Assembly (NCBI GenBank): GCA_013416795.1
Contig: RQSC01000015.1
Coordinates: 105,696 to 169,695, forward strand
Length of the DNA: 64,000 nucleotides
Reading direction: 5' to 3'
Source: Prasinococcaceae sp. CCMP 1430
Taxonomy: Eukaryota > Plantae > Prasinodermophyta
The notes under the pieces are model-generated. The model was given only the letters and a program-made list of their open reading frames with translations. It did not search any database and was not told the DNA's origin. Both the position numbers and the translations under genes were made by a program. Positions 24,548-35,703 of this stretch are shown one piece after another (position 1 is the first letter of the stretch; every line of letters starts with the position of its first letter).

Positions 24548-25165
24548 AAGTCCCCCGCGGGCGCTCGGGCGCGCGATGGCGGCGATGCGGCGGGTGGCGT
24601 TGCAGCGGATTTCGACTGGGGCGCCTTCACTGCAGAGGGCGGCTTCAAGATGCCCAGCCTGGAGGAGATCCTGAGCATGGCTCTCGGGGGCACCAACATG
24701 AGTGAAGTGGACGAAATGCTACGAGCTGTGGGACAGCACCGCCCGCCGGAGGGCTTTGGCATCGCGCCCTTTCCCGCCTTCACGGCCGCAGAACGCAGCG
24801 CCGAGGACGCCAAGAGGGAGCACGCGCAGCGCACATACCTCGAGAGCATCAAGGCAGATGAGCGCGCGAGCGCGGCGCATGAGTGCGCCGTCGCTATCCT
24901 TGCCGAGGAAGGCGACTCGAGGTGCGGCACCGCCTTCTTCCTGCGCCCATGACTTGACCTTTGCTGGCGCGTCATCTGACCCTCTTGTCCGCGCCCGCGT
25001 CGCCGCTGTCGATCATACGGCTCCAGCGACGGCGAGCTTGCCGGCGGTGGCTCGAAGGACCTCGGACTCGAGGAAAAGTTGAGGCGTGCGTTCGCCGAGG
25101 ACGGGCTCGCAGGTGATGGCACGCCTTTGGACTCAGACAGTGCTGACGATCTCGAAGGCTGGTAG
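24548..25165 (+). CDS. Hypothetical protein, 3' part (5' end lost in gap); probably two exons
   Basis: Coding-like frame ...FKMPSLEEILSMALGG...EEGDSR, GTGCGG donor near 24922, then a second exon ...LEEKLRRAFAEDG...LEGW stop. Confidence 0.45.
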
Positions 25166-25341
25166 CCCCCGCTCTGCAGAGCGACGCGCTCATCGCACGT
25201 GAGTGCGCGTGGGCGCGCATGATCCCTCCGTAGTCTGTACGTGTACACATAATACAAGCCAGGAAGCTGGTGGGAAGCTGGGGAGGTGGGATTGACGGGT
25301 GATACGGAGGTGATGCGCCTGGGTGGAGGCGAGCGCGCGCA

Positions 25342-26076
25342 CTAGATTTCCATCAGCGGTTTCGGACGCTGTCGCCGCGGTGAAGGCGTGAACATGGGCT
25401 CCGCCGGCGGCGGTGAGGGCGGAAGCACTGCACCGGCGCCCGCACCGCGTTCGGTGAACGCCTCCGTTCCCGGCACGCGGTGCGTGCTCGAAGCAGGGGG
25501 TGGCGGTGGTCGCACCACCGCGTTCAGCTCCGCTGCGACAGCCTTTGCAGCCGGCACTATGGCCGACGCGACTGGCGCCACCTGCTGCACCAACGTGCGC
25601 GGGAACGCCAGCACGTCGTCGATGATGACGCCCAGCATATCGCCGGCATGGCCCGCGTCCTTGAGCCGCTCGCCGAGGTCTGCCATCGCAGCTGCCGCGC
25701 TGCGCGGTAGCGTCAGGATGTCCGCGCCCGCGTCGGCGAGCGTGCGCAGCGGGGACCCCTCCTCTCCCGCCATCGTCTTGAGCGCCTCGGGGAACCGCTT
25801 GAGCTCGCTTCGCGCAAACTGTGCAGAGGCTGCCACCTTCGCAGGCATCGCGCGTGCGCCGACCGCCGCGCCACGGGCGCGTGCGCCCGCCTTCGCCGCT
25901 AGCTCACGCGCCTGAGTGGAGTCCCGCGCCACCGCGTTGGCCACCACAGCGACTGTCGGGACGACGGCAACCGCGACCGCGATGCTCGTGATCCACGTGC
26001 TCGCCGGGCCGTCCATGCCGCGCGGCATCGGCCACCCCGCCCATATCCCCTCGAAGAACGAGACAAGCCAGTACAT
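25342..26076 (-). CDS. Hypothetical membrane protein (MYWLVSFFEGIW..., one TM segment, Ala-rich helical region)
   Basis: Coding-like composition downstream of the ATG at ~26076; hydrophobic segment WITSIAVAVAVVPTVAVVA. Confidence 0.55.
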   Translation of the reverse strand: MYWLVSFFEGIWAGWPMPRGMDGPASTWITSIAVAVAVVPTVAVVANAVARDSTQARELAAKAGARARGAAVGARAMPAKVAASAQFARSELKRFPEALKTMAGEEGSPLRTLADAGADILTLPRSAAAAMADLGERLKDAGHAGDMLGVIIDDVLAFPRTLVQQVAPVASAIVPAAKAVAAELNAVVRPPPPPASSTHRVPGTEAFTERGAGAGAVLPPSPPPAEPMFTPSPRRQRPKPLMEI

Positions 26077-26550
26077 GCTCGCGTCCACACGCCGCGCCAC
26101 CGCCCCGCGCGCGACGCAACCCGCGCCCAGGAGCCCGCCGGAGGAGGCGGGGGCCCGCGGGGCCCACGGCGGCGCACGCCCGGGGCGCGCGCCCTGGCAG
26201 CGCGCGCGCGCGCGCACGCTCAATTTCGACCTGCCCCAACGCGTGCATTTCGACGCACAGTGCTGTACACTGTACACGTACCTTCCGCGCACGTTGGAAA
26301 GGAGGACTTGATTCGGATTTGACCTCGGACGTGCGTCGGCATCGCCTGGGTGCCGGCGCGCGACGCTTTGATTTTGACCTCGCGGTGGCTTCTTCGCGTT
26401 TTGACCGTCTTTTCGAGAGAGAGGGGGCGAGGGAGGGGAGCGACGAGGGAGGCCGCCGGCGGGCGGCGAGCACACCGCGCGCGCTGCGCCCCTCCCTCCC
26501 TCCCCTCTCCCTCCCCCGCCTTCGCCTCGTCCTCCTCCGCGGCCTCGCAG

Positions 26551-26589
26551 GAGACCATGCTCTTCCAGGTGTTCTCCGTCGCCGAGCAG
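26551..26589 (+). CDS. Isolated 39-nt exon ETMLFQVFSVAEQ, probably the RRM1 exon of the RBP45/47 gene at 30464
   Basis: Flanked by CAG acceptor and GTGCGA donor, phase 0. Joins in frame to VVNTKVIRNK, matching the ExxLxxxFxxxGEVVxxKVIRNK pattern of RRM1. Confidence 0.65.
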
Positions 26590-27353
26590 GTGCGAGCGCG
26601 CGCGGGCGGGGGGGGGAGTGCGCGTGTGTGTGGGGGGGGAAGGGGGCGGTGAGGCGCCCCTTCGCGGAGGGGCGCGGGCGNNNNNNNNNNNNNNNNNACC
26701 CCCACCCCACCCCCCTCCCACACACACCACCACACCACACAAGGCGCCTCTGCGGCCCCCCCGTGGCGCCCCCCACCGCCCGCAGCGCGCGCGCGCGGAT
26801 GAGATCCCCCCGCGAGATGCTCGCGCATCCTCCCGCGATACCATGGGAAAATCCAAATCCCCCCCCCGCAATTTTCTGCCGCGCGCGCGCGAATTGGGGC
26901 GCTTCCCGCAATTCTGGGAGGGGTGTTCGAATGCTCGCGATGGGCACGTCGCGATTCGACGGAGTTCCGAAAATATGGACCGCTCGAAAATCGAACGTGA
27001 ATTAGTAATAGGGTCACATGTACCCACGGGCGTGCGTGCCCCTTCGTGCACGCGCGCGCGGGCGCGGGGGGGCACGGCGCGCGCTGCGTGCGCGCGCGTG
27101 CGGTCGCCACGAGGGGGGAGGGGTGCTGGTGGGAGGAGGAGCGCACGTGCACGAGCGTGTGTCAGCGTGTGTGCATCCTGTGTGTGTGCGTGTGTGAATT
27201 TGCGTGCGTGCGTGTGTGTGTGTAGGCGTGCCTGGCTGCACGCTTGCCTGCGTGCGCGCGTACACGTATGTGCGCGCGCAGGAGCGCGGCCGCGCCCAGC
27301 AGCGTGCGCGGAGCGGCACACGGCGCGCCGCGCACGCGCTCGCGCTCGCGCCG

Positions 27354-29921
27354 ATGTCGTCGCGCAAGTCATGGCGCAAAGTGTCGAAGCTGGTGTCCGC
27401 CGCGGCGACGCTGTCGCGGCGCGGCTCCGGCACCGACCCCGATGATGACGCCGACGCCAACGCGCGCGCGGGCGAGGACGGCGCCGACACGCGCCCCCTG
27501 GAGCGCCGGCTTGAAGTGGCGCGCACGATCAAGCGGCGCGATGGAAAGTACACAGGGCCGGCAGGGATCGCGTCCTCTAGCGGCGCCTCAACACCACAGG
27601 AGGGCTCGCCCCGGTCGTCGCGGAGGTGCGCGGGCGCCGGCAGGGCACGCACCGCGAGTTCGCGAGCCCCGGCCGTGCGTGCGCTCCGCGCGTCGTGCTC
27701 GTGCACACGCGCGCGCACACACACGCACGTCTACACGGGCGTGCTCGCCTCGCGCGGCCACGCGCGGGAGTGCACGCTTTTGTGCTGACTGGTCTATGCA
27801 CACACTGCACACGGACACGTTCGCGCACACGCGCTCACGGTCGCCCGCGCGCGCGCGCCCAGGGCGTCTGCGGCCGTGCTGGGGGAGCTCGTGGTGGGCT
27901 CGGCGCCGCCGCGCGTGATCCGCTGCGACGCTGACTGGAAGAACGCGTGGGACTGGGGCATCATCGTGCTTATCCTGTACAGCGCCATTGTCGTGCCATG
28001 GGAGTTTGCCTTCCAGCGCACGCCCAACCACTTGCTGGAGACCGTTGACTACCTGGTGGACGTCCTCTTCCTGGCGGACACCGTCATGTGCTTCTACACG
28101 TCCTTCATGGACTCGCACGGCGTGGAGGTGCTGGAGCTGCCCGTCATCCGGAAGCGGTACCTGCGCGGCTTCTTCCCAATCGACCTCCTCGCGCTCATCC
28201 CTTTTGAGCTGATTGTCAAGGCCTCCAAGGCCAACGTGCAGCTTAACCTGCTGCAGCTCATTAAGCTGCCGCGGCTGCTGCGCGTGAGCCGTCTCATGAA
28301 GCGGCTCGACATGTTCACGACCGCGAACTTCCTGCGCGTCATCAAGCTGCTCTTCGGCTTCTTCCTCTTCTCGCACTGGATAGCATGCGCGTGGTTCTTC
28401 CTGGGGCGCTACCAGGAAGAGGGAAACGTCTGGACGGGGTCGGTGTGGCTGGTAGACGCCGACCTGTGCCAGACGGTCCGTTCGGAGGGCTACCTCGACG
28501 AGCTCACCGGCGAGTACGCATTCCACCCGGACAACGAGCGGGCGCAGCCCTACGAGGTCGACCACGTGGCGCACTGCGTGGACCGCAAAGATCACCCCGA
28601 GTGGTACATTTCCGAAGAGCACCTCGTCGAGGCGCAGACGGCAAACGGCGATACCGTGCTGATTCGCCCGGACGCCTCGGTGCTCACGCAATACATCACC
28701 AGCCTGTACTGGTCGCTGGTGACACTCACCACGGTGGGCTATGGCGACATCTCCCCGGCCACCAACACAGAGCGTGTCTTCACGGTGATGGTGATGCTCA
28801 TGGGCGCTATTATCTACGCCTCCATCTTTGGCAACGTCGCCGTGCTCATTCAGAGCTTTGACATGGCCCAAGCCCGCTATCAAGACCGAATCAACCACCT
28901 CAAGGAATTCTGCGCGCTGCACGAGGTGTCCGAGGGCGTGCAGGAGCGCATCCTTCGCTACGCTGACCGCATCTACCTCCAGACGCACGGATTCCACATG
29001 CGCGAGATGCTCGCCGATTTTCCGTCCACTGTACGGCGCGACATCATGCGCGACGTGCACAAGACATTCGTTGCCAACCTCAAGCACGCCAGCCCGTACC
29101 TCGGCGAGAACGAGTTTTTCATGGAGAGTCTGCTGCTGCGCCTGCAACCGCAGGTTTGTCTCTCGGGCGACTACGTCGTCAAGAAGGGCGAGGTGGGTCA
29201 TCACACCTACTTCATCAAGTTCGGTGCGCTCGAGGTGGTGCTCGAGGACGACCAGCGCGGCACCAACGCGGCGCTGGGAGCCATCCTTCTAGGCGCCGGC
29301 GAGCACTTCGGCGAGGCCACGCTGCTGCGCTCTAAGCGGCGTACGACGTCGGTGCGTGCGCGAATCTACTCAGAGCTTTTCTACCTCGACCGCGATGACT
29401 TCCGCGCACTCAAGACCGACTATCCCCATGAAGTCAACGTCTTCGTACAGGTGGCCGTTAAGCGCATCAACGCCGCGCAAGCGGCCCTCGAGCGCGAGCA
29501 CGAGTTCGAAGACGCTACCGTTGGCGCCAACGGCAATGCTGCAGACCCCAACGTCCTCGACGCCGGCGACGCGGACACCCTCGGGTGGCGACATTCCGAC
29601 GGCACTGACAGCTCCACGGGCGGCTACCGCGAGTCCTTTGACGACGGGCGCGACTTCCGCCGCCGTCGAAGCGTTTACCTTGGCGGCATGGGCGATGGGG
29701 TGCTCAAGACGCTCGCTGCCGGCGGCGAGAACGTGCTCAGGCTCTTTGCTGATGACGAGCTCAAGGCGATCACCGGCGAACGCGTGGGCGACGACACGTT
29801 CGAGCCAGAGACGCACCCAATCACGATTCGTTGTGGGGCACAGCAATGTGAGAGGGGCGCCGCGCTTTCGTTTCGACCTGCATCAAAAAGTCGCCCGTGG
29901 GGTGATGTGACGCGTGAGTGA
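27354..29921 (+). CDS. Cyclic-nucleotide-binding-domain potassium channel (EAG/KCNH/CNG-like); join(27354..27625,27863..~29921), 3' end uncertain
   Basis: S4 LIKLPRLLRVSRL, HWIACAW, pore YWSLVTLTTVGYGDI, C-linker, CNBD GEHFGEA...RRTTSVRA. In-phase intron at 27626-27862. Confidence 0.93.
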
Positions 29922-30463
29922 AGGATCGCAACCTCCGCCCTTCGCTTTCATCTTTGCGTTTTCCCCGGCGCCGGCCGCATGCGTTTCGGTGCGCGGCGTG
30001 GGACCCACCCCTGGGCGCGCGTGGGACCCCGCCCCCGCGCCCCTGCGTTGACCCCGCGCCGGATCCGAGTTGGGGCGCCGCGCGACCGCCACCTGGCGCG
30101 GCGCGGCGGCGCTCCGGGCGGGAATCGGATGGGGAAGAGGCGCGTGTGGGGGGGCCGTGCCAGCGGGCGGGGCGCGTGTCGCGTGTGTCGGATGAACGCC
30201 ATTTCGATGGGTCGCGCTCGAACGCGACGCGTTCGAAAGTGATGAGGCGGGGGATGGCCTGACTGAACGGGCGCGGCGCTGGCGAGCGCGAATGGGCGCG
30301 GCGGGCGCTGGGCGGTGGGGCGGGTGGGGTGGGTGGGGGGGATGGGGGGTGGGGTGGGGGTAGCGAGGGCCTGTTGAAGGGAAAGAAGCAAGCCCAAGCG
30401 TGCGCTGACTGGCGCGCGCTGGCACGCGCACCTGCGCGCCACGTGCGCGCCACGTGCGCGCAG

Positions 30464-32857
30464 GTGGTGAACACCAAGGTGATTCGGAACAAGCTCTCGG
30501 GGTACAGCGAGGGCTACGGCTTCGTCGAGTTCGCGTCGCACGACGCGGCCGAGCGCGTGCTGGGCTCGTACAACGGCCTGCTCATCCCGCACACCACGCA
30601 CCGCTTCCGCCTGAACTGGGCGTCCTTCGGCATCAGCGAGCGCAAGCGGCCGTCGGTCGCCAACGGCGGCGGCAGCGACGCGAGCAGCCCGTCGGGCAGC
30701 GTCGGCGGGCGACGCCACTCGACCGGCTCGCAGGGCAGCGGCGCGGGCGCCGCCGACGGGGGCGGCACCGACGGCGCCGCTCCGCCCGACGGCGCCGAGG
30801 AGGAACACTCCCTCTTCGTGGGCGACCTCGGGCACGACGTGGGCGACTACCTGCTCCAGGAGACCTTCCGCCAGCGCTATCCGAGCGTGCGCTCGGCCAA
30901 GGTGGTGACCGACCCCAACACGGGGCGTTCGCGCGGCTACGGCTTCGTGCGCTTCGGCGATGAGGAGGAGATGAAGGCGGCGCTCGTGGAGATGGCCGGC
31001 GTCAAGTGCGGCAGCCGACCCATGCGCACATCGAGCGCCACGCCGCGCAAGACCAGCACGCCCAGCGCGCCCGTGCAGCCGCCCGCGCCGGGCGCGTATC
31101 CGCCGGGCTCGCAGATCCCGCAGGGCGTCATGATGGGCATGCACGGCCACGTGCAGGGCCCTGGCGTGATGCCCGGCGCCGCCACCATGCTGGCCCCGCA
31201 CGTGCACGCGCAGATGGGCGCCGCGGGCGCGCCGGCGTACTACGCCGGCGCCGGCGCACAGGGCGCGCAGGGCGAGCCTCCTGGGGACGGAGGCGGGGGC
31301 GGCGGGCGCGCGGCGGGCGCACCCCAGCAGCCGGGGCAGCAGCAGGGGCAGGGGCAGGGGCAGCATGGCCGAGCGGAAGGCGAGAACGGCGGGGGCGGAG
31401 GAAGTGGCGCACGAGCGCAGGACGCTCAGGGTGGCGGGGAGGAGCCGCAGGCCAGCAGCCCGCAGCAGGAGGGCGCGGGCGTGGCGGGAGGCGAGCAACA
31501 ACAGCGGCGACACAAAAGCCAGCCGCAGCATCAGCAACGCGGCATGCTGTCGGAGGGCCTGGCGGCGCAGCTGGGCGGACTATCGGTGCAGGTGCCTAAC
31601 GCAGCGGGCGTGTCGCCGACAAGCATGGGCATGGGCTCGCCGCTGGGCGTGGGAGGCATGCACGCGCACGCGCATGCGGCGGGCGGCATGCACTCGCCGC
31701 CCGGCATGGGGCCCGTGGCGACGGGCCATGTGCCGCCGCCGCCCGACACGAACAACACGACCATCTTCGTGGGCGGGCTGGACAGCAACGTGACGGAGGA
31801 CATGCTCACAGCGGCATTCTCGGCTGTGGGCGAGCTGATCTACGTGCGCATTCCGCCGGGCAAGAACTGCGGCTTCGTGCAGTACGTGCTGCGGCAGGAC
31901 GCGGAGCACGCGATGCTGGCGCTCCAAGGGCGGCAGATCGGACACGACGCGTTCATGCGGCTGAGCTGGGGCAAGAGCGCCACGCGCGCGACGGCGACGC
32001 ACCACGCTGCGGCGGCGGCGCGAGCGCGCGCCAATGCCGCCGCGCGCGCGCAAGCGCAGGCCGCGCGCCAGCTGCACGCCGCACACCTGTCGCAGCAAGC
32101 TGCCGGGCTGCACGCGCACGCGCAGCACGCCGCGGCGGCGCAGGCGCAGATGCAGGCCATGTACGGGGCCGCCGCGCACGCACAGGCGCAGGTGGGCTCC
32201 AATTTCGCCGCGGCGGCGGCCGCCGCGCACCACAACCCGCAGGCCGCGCAGGCCGTCGCCATGCACGCCTACATGCACCAGCAAGCCATGCAGCAGGCGC
32301 ACGCGCAGGCCGCGGGCGGGTCGCCACCGCAGGCTGTTCCCCACGCGCAGCCGCCGCACGCCGCCCACTCGCACACCGCCGCCTACCAGCTTCCCAGCGC
32401 ACACGGCTCGCTTGGGCTCGCCGCGCATGGATTTGTTGGCTCGCCCATGACCGTGGGCTCGCCTGTCCTCCCAGGCATGGCCTCGCCGCTCGGCGCCACC
32501 TCGCCGGTGGGCTCGCCGATACACGCGCATGGCGCAGGGCTGAGCGCGTACTACTATCAGCACCAGGCGCACATGGCCGCGGCGGCGGCCAACCACCAGC
32601 AGCAGCAGGCGCAGCAGCAGGCGCAGCTCGCGCACGCGCAACTCGCGCAGGGCTTGCACGGGCACGCCGAGCCGGCGCCACCGGCGGCGGCAGAGCTGCA
32701 GCACGGCGGCGACGGCGCAACCACGCGCGACGCTGAGGACAACGCCGTGGTCGACGAGGCTCCAGTGGCGGGCACCGATGCGCCGGGCTCGTCGGCAGCG
32801 GTGACAGCGACGCGTGTGCCAACAGCGGCTGCGTCGGCGACGGCCGTCGCGTCGTGA
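30464..32857 (+). CDS. RBP45: Polyadenylate-binding protein RBP45/47-like (NAM8/TIA1 family, 3 RRMs), main exon; 5' exons displaced or missing
   Basis: KVIRNKLSGYSEGYGFVEF...FRLNWA, SLFVGDL...SRGYGFVRF, TTIFVGGLD...GKNCGFVQY...RLSWG; A/Q/H-rich tail; CAG acceptor at 30463. Confidence 0.92.
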   Translation: MVNTKVIRNKLSGYSEGYGFVEFASHDAAERVLGSYNGLLIPHTTHRFRLNWASFGISERKRPSVANGGGSDASSPSGSVGGRRHSTGSQGSGAGAADGGGTDGAAPPDGAEEEHSLFVGDLGHDVGDYLLQETFRQRYPSVRSAKVVTDPNTGRSRGYGFVRFGDEEEMKAALVEMAGVKCGSRPMRTSSATPRKTSTPSAPVQPPAPGAYPPGSQIPQGVMMGMHGHVQGPGVMPGAATMLAPHVHAQMGAAGAPAYYAGAGAQGAQGEPPGDGGGGGGRAAGAPQQPGQQQGQGQGQHGRAEGENGGGGGSGARAQDAQGGGEEPQASSPQQEGAGVAGGEQQQRRHKSQPQHQQRGMLSEGLAAQLGGLSVQVPNAAGVSPTSMGMGSPLGVGGMHAHAHAAGGMHSPPGMGPVATGHVPPPPDTNNTTIFVGGLDSNVTEDMLTAAFSAVGELIYVRIPPGKNCGFVQYVLRQDAEHAMLALQGRQIGHDAFMRLSWGKSATRATATHHAAAAARARANAAARAQAQAARQLHAAHLSQQAAGLHAHAQHAAAAQAQMQAMYGAAAHAQAQVGSNFAAAAAAAHHNPQAAQAVAMHAYMHQQAMQQAHAQAAGGSPPQAVPHAQPPHAAHSHTAAYQLPSAHGSLGLAAHGFVGSPMTVGSPVLPGMASPLGATSPVGSPIHAHGAGLSAYYYQHQAHMAAAAANHQQQQAQQQAQLAHAQLAQGLHGHAEPAPPAAAELQHGGDGATTRDAEDNAVVDEAPVAGTDAPGSSAAVTATRVPTAAASATAVAS

Positions 32858-33248
32858 CTGGCGACGCAAGTGGCGTGCGGTGCACACCATCGGGACCGAT
32901 GACTTAACAATGGAACGGGAGCCGGCGTGCAAGGAGGACTCGACACCTCGCAAGGTGCTGCGTGAGGACGTGCGTGAGGCACGCGTGCGGCGAGCGGACG
33001 ATCGCGTGCGCGAATGAGCGCGCACACCCGTTCGCATGATGCTCGCGACGCCCCCCCCCCCACCCACCCACCCACCCTTCTAACTAATATGAATACCGAG
33101 TGTGTGCTCAAACGCGGCGGTAGCTGAGGACGCGCAAGCGCGCCTCGCGCTCGGCAGCGCGCACTTGGTGGTGGCGCCGCCGTGGCAGCGCGCTCGCCCG
33201 CGCGTGCCATCTGTGCAGTGAAGGCTATACAAGGCGCAAGGCCCAAAA

Positions 33249-34137
33249 TTACTTCTTGACCTCCACCTCATCCAGCGCGTAGTTGTTGGTGGACACGCCC
33301 GCGTAGTTCACCTTCTCGAAGCGCACCACCACCGGGTAACGGATGCCGCTCTGCGAGGACGGGAGGTGTGCGCGGCGGGGTCAGCATCACAGCATCGGAC
33401 GCGCGTGCGCGTTTCCGCTCCTCTCTCGCTCGCACACGACACGAACGGACACGCGCGGCTTCGTCGAATGCCGAGGCGGCAAACACCAGCACCACGCCCG
33501 TCCCTCCCCTCATCGCGTGGCACACTCGCGACAGCGTGGTGTGCGAGTGCCGCGCGCGGTGGCGTGTCCCCGCCTCGCGCCGGGCTCCGCCCCGCGCTGC
33601 GTCCCACTCCGAGGGGCGTGGGACCACGCCAAACGCGTGCCGGCAGGCATGCGGCCCGCAAACCGCGTCGCGGCGCACGCCGCGCCCTTTGCCTGGGCAG
33701 CGAGCGCGGCAGACCTCGAGGCGATAGGCTCGGGAGGCGTCCTCACCCGATCGCCCGCGTCGCCGCGCCGCGACCGCACGGCAACACCGATTTTGTGCGC
33801 GTGTGTGTGTTGATTTTTTTGGCCTCGCGCGCGCGCGCGCGCCCCGGACCGCCCGTGCGGACCCATTGGTCCGCGCTGCCCTCGCGAGCGCCGAGGCCGT
33901 CGGCCGGCGGCCACCCGCCACGCGACCCGGCGTTGGCCCTCGCAGGAGAGAGGGATGTGGCGAGTAGCGAAGGATGAGCGCGTCGGCCGCCGACGGCGCG
34001 GCCTCCCGCCGCCGCCGATGCGGCGCACTCGAGGCGTGGGGGTGGGGGCGACAGCGGAGCGCGTGACGCACCTGGTCGACCGACACCACCTTGCCGAAGT
34101 CGTTGAACCAGTAGCTCTCCGGGCGCAGGATCTTCAC
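33249..34137 (-). CDS. psaE: Photosystem I subunit IV PsaE; exons 34072..34137 and 33249..33350, 5' exon(s) absent
   Basis: [22 protein letters not shown]|[33 protein letters not shown] stop, with canonical phase-0 splice sites. Confidence 0.96.
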
Positions 34138-34189
34138 CTGCGGGCGGCGGCGCGCGGGGGCGCGCGTCAGCGCGCGCTCGCCCGCACAG

Positions 34190-35528
34190 GAGCAGTCGCC
34201 GGCCGCGGGCGTCGCGCTCGCGCGTGGCGAGGCCGCCACGTGGTGCGTGGAGCGCGCGCTTGCTGTCGACACACGCACTGGCCAGCTGGAGGACGCCCTG
34301 CAGATCCTGCTCGCTGGGGAGCAGATCGAGGCCGATGCCGACGCTAAGGAAGGCGCTGAGGCTATCGATGAGTCCGCGGAGGCGGTCACTGGCGCGTCGA
34401 CAGCCGCGCTGGACGCCGCCACCGTCCGCGCCGCGCCGCGGCGTGCTCTTGCGGCGCTCTCCGCTGCGGCGGGCCAGCTGCATGCGGCAGTGTATGCCCT
34501 CGGCATGCACGGCCTCGAACTGGGCGCATTTGCGGCTCTCGATGCAGCGGGGCGGTTCGACGCGCTTATGGAGGGCGCGCTTGGGGAGGACGCGGACGGG
34601 GAGGGAGAGGTGGCCGAGGGGAGTAGCGACGAGGTGGATGACGAGGCCTTGGCACGCTCGCTGGGCGCCGTTGAGCGTGCAGCTCGCGACGCGTGCGCAG
34701 TTCTCCCGGCGCGTGCCGCGGGCGCAGATACGCGGCGCCTCGTATGGGCCTGGGCAGAGCGGCAGCTGACGCTGGAGGCAGGCGAACCCGCGCGGGGAGT
34801 TTGCCGTGCCGCGCGCGTGGTGGCCGCTGAGCCGCCGCTGCTGCCGCTCGACGGTGAGCTCGCGATGGCGTTCCAAGCGCTGGTGATAGCCGCGACCGAG
34901 GACGATGCGCGCGGGCGCGTATGGTCAGCGGTTGGCGCGGCCGCCGAGGCGGTGCTTGCGCGCTGCTTTGCCGGCGAGCATGAGGGCGCGCTGCGCGCGG
35001 CGCGCGCCGCGCGCGCAGGCGCGGCTCTCGCACGCGCCGGCCTTCGCGGCGTAGCGCCAGCTGACATGGTGCGCGCACTGGACGACGAGACGGCCGCGCG
35101 CGGCGTGCTCGCGCGCGCGTACGCTGCGGGTGTGCCGCCCGCTGCAGCGGCGGCGGCCACTACCGAATGCTTCGACGACGCTCTTGCGTCGCTCGCGTAC
35201 GCCGACTACGCGCTGGCCGCAGGCGATGTCGACACTGCCGTTGCGCTGCTGCGCAACCTCGCGGGTCGAGCGTACGCACCCGCCGCACCCTCGGCCGCGG
35301 CCGCCGCGCGCGCGGTGCTTGCGCGGCTGCAGAGCTCTTCGACAACGTTGAGGGAGGAGGAGGGTGCAGGGCTCGAGGCGGCCCTCGAGGCCGCCTGTGA
35401 GCTGCTGTCTCTAGGCTTGACCGACGCGGGGCTGGCCGCGGGCGACGGTGCCGAGCTGCTCGCGCTCTGGCAGAGGGCAGTCATGCGCCTCCAGCGGCTT
35501 GAGGAGGGAGAGGAGGCGGACGACCAGG
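34190..35528 (+). CDS. Internal exon of an NBAS/Sec39/MIP2-like protein (fragment)
   Basis: WCVERALAVDTRTGQLEDALQIL resembles the Sec39-domain motif WY..RA..ID..TGQLDN. CAG acceptor at 34189 and GTGCGT donor at ~35529; sequence breaks at the N at 35630. Confidence 0.6.
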
Positions 35529-35703
35529 TGCGTCGCCGCGCCATGTGGGCAAAGAGCGTCTCTCGTAGGCACCACAGGGCGCATGAGTGCCGCACGTATG
35601 CATTCGCATTCGTGTACAGATACGCATGCNGCAGCGCCGGCGGCGCGGCGGGCGGACGCCTCCCGCGGCGCCCCGCGCGCCGGAGGGCGAGGCGGTCATC
35701 TAG

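Noticed and set aside
25342-27372. 676-aa ORF spanning an N-gap
   Set aside because: The N-terminal two-thirds is R/A/G low complexity from GC-rich non-coding DNA; only the part from ~26076 looks coding.
27588-29204. 538-aa antisense ORF, and many similar shadow ORFs
   Set aside because: Antisense to the K+ channel; expected from high GC3 codon bias.
33268-35160. 630-aa minus-strand ORF containing a PsaE motif
   Set aside because: Read-through of intron and antisense sequence; the real psaE consists of two short exons.
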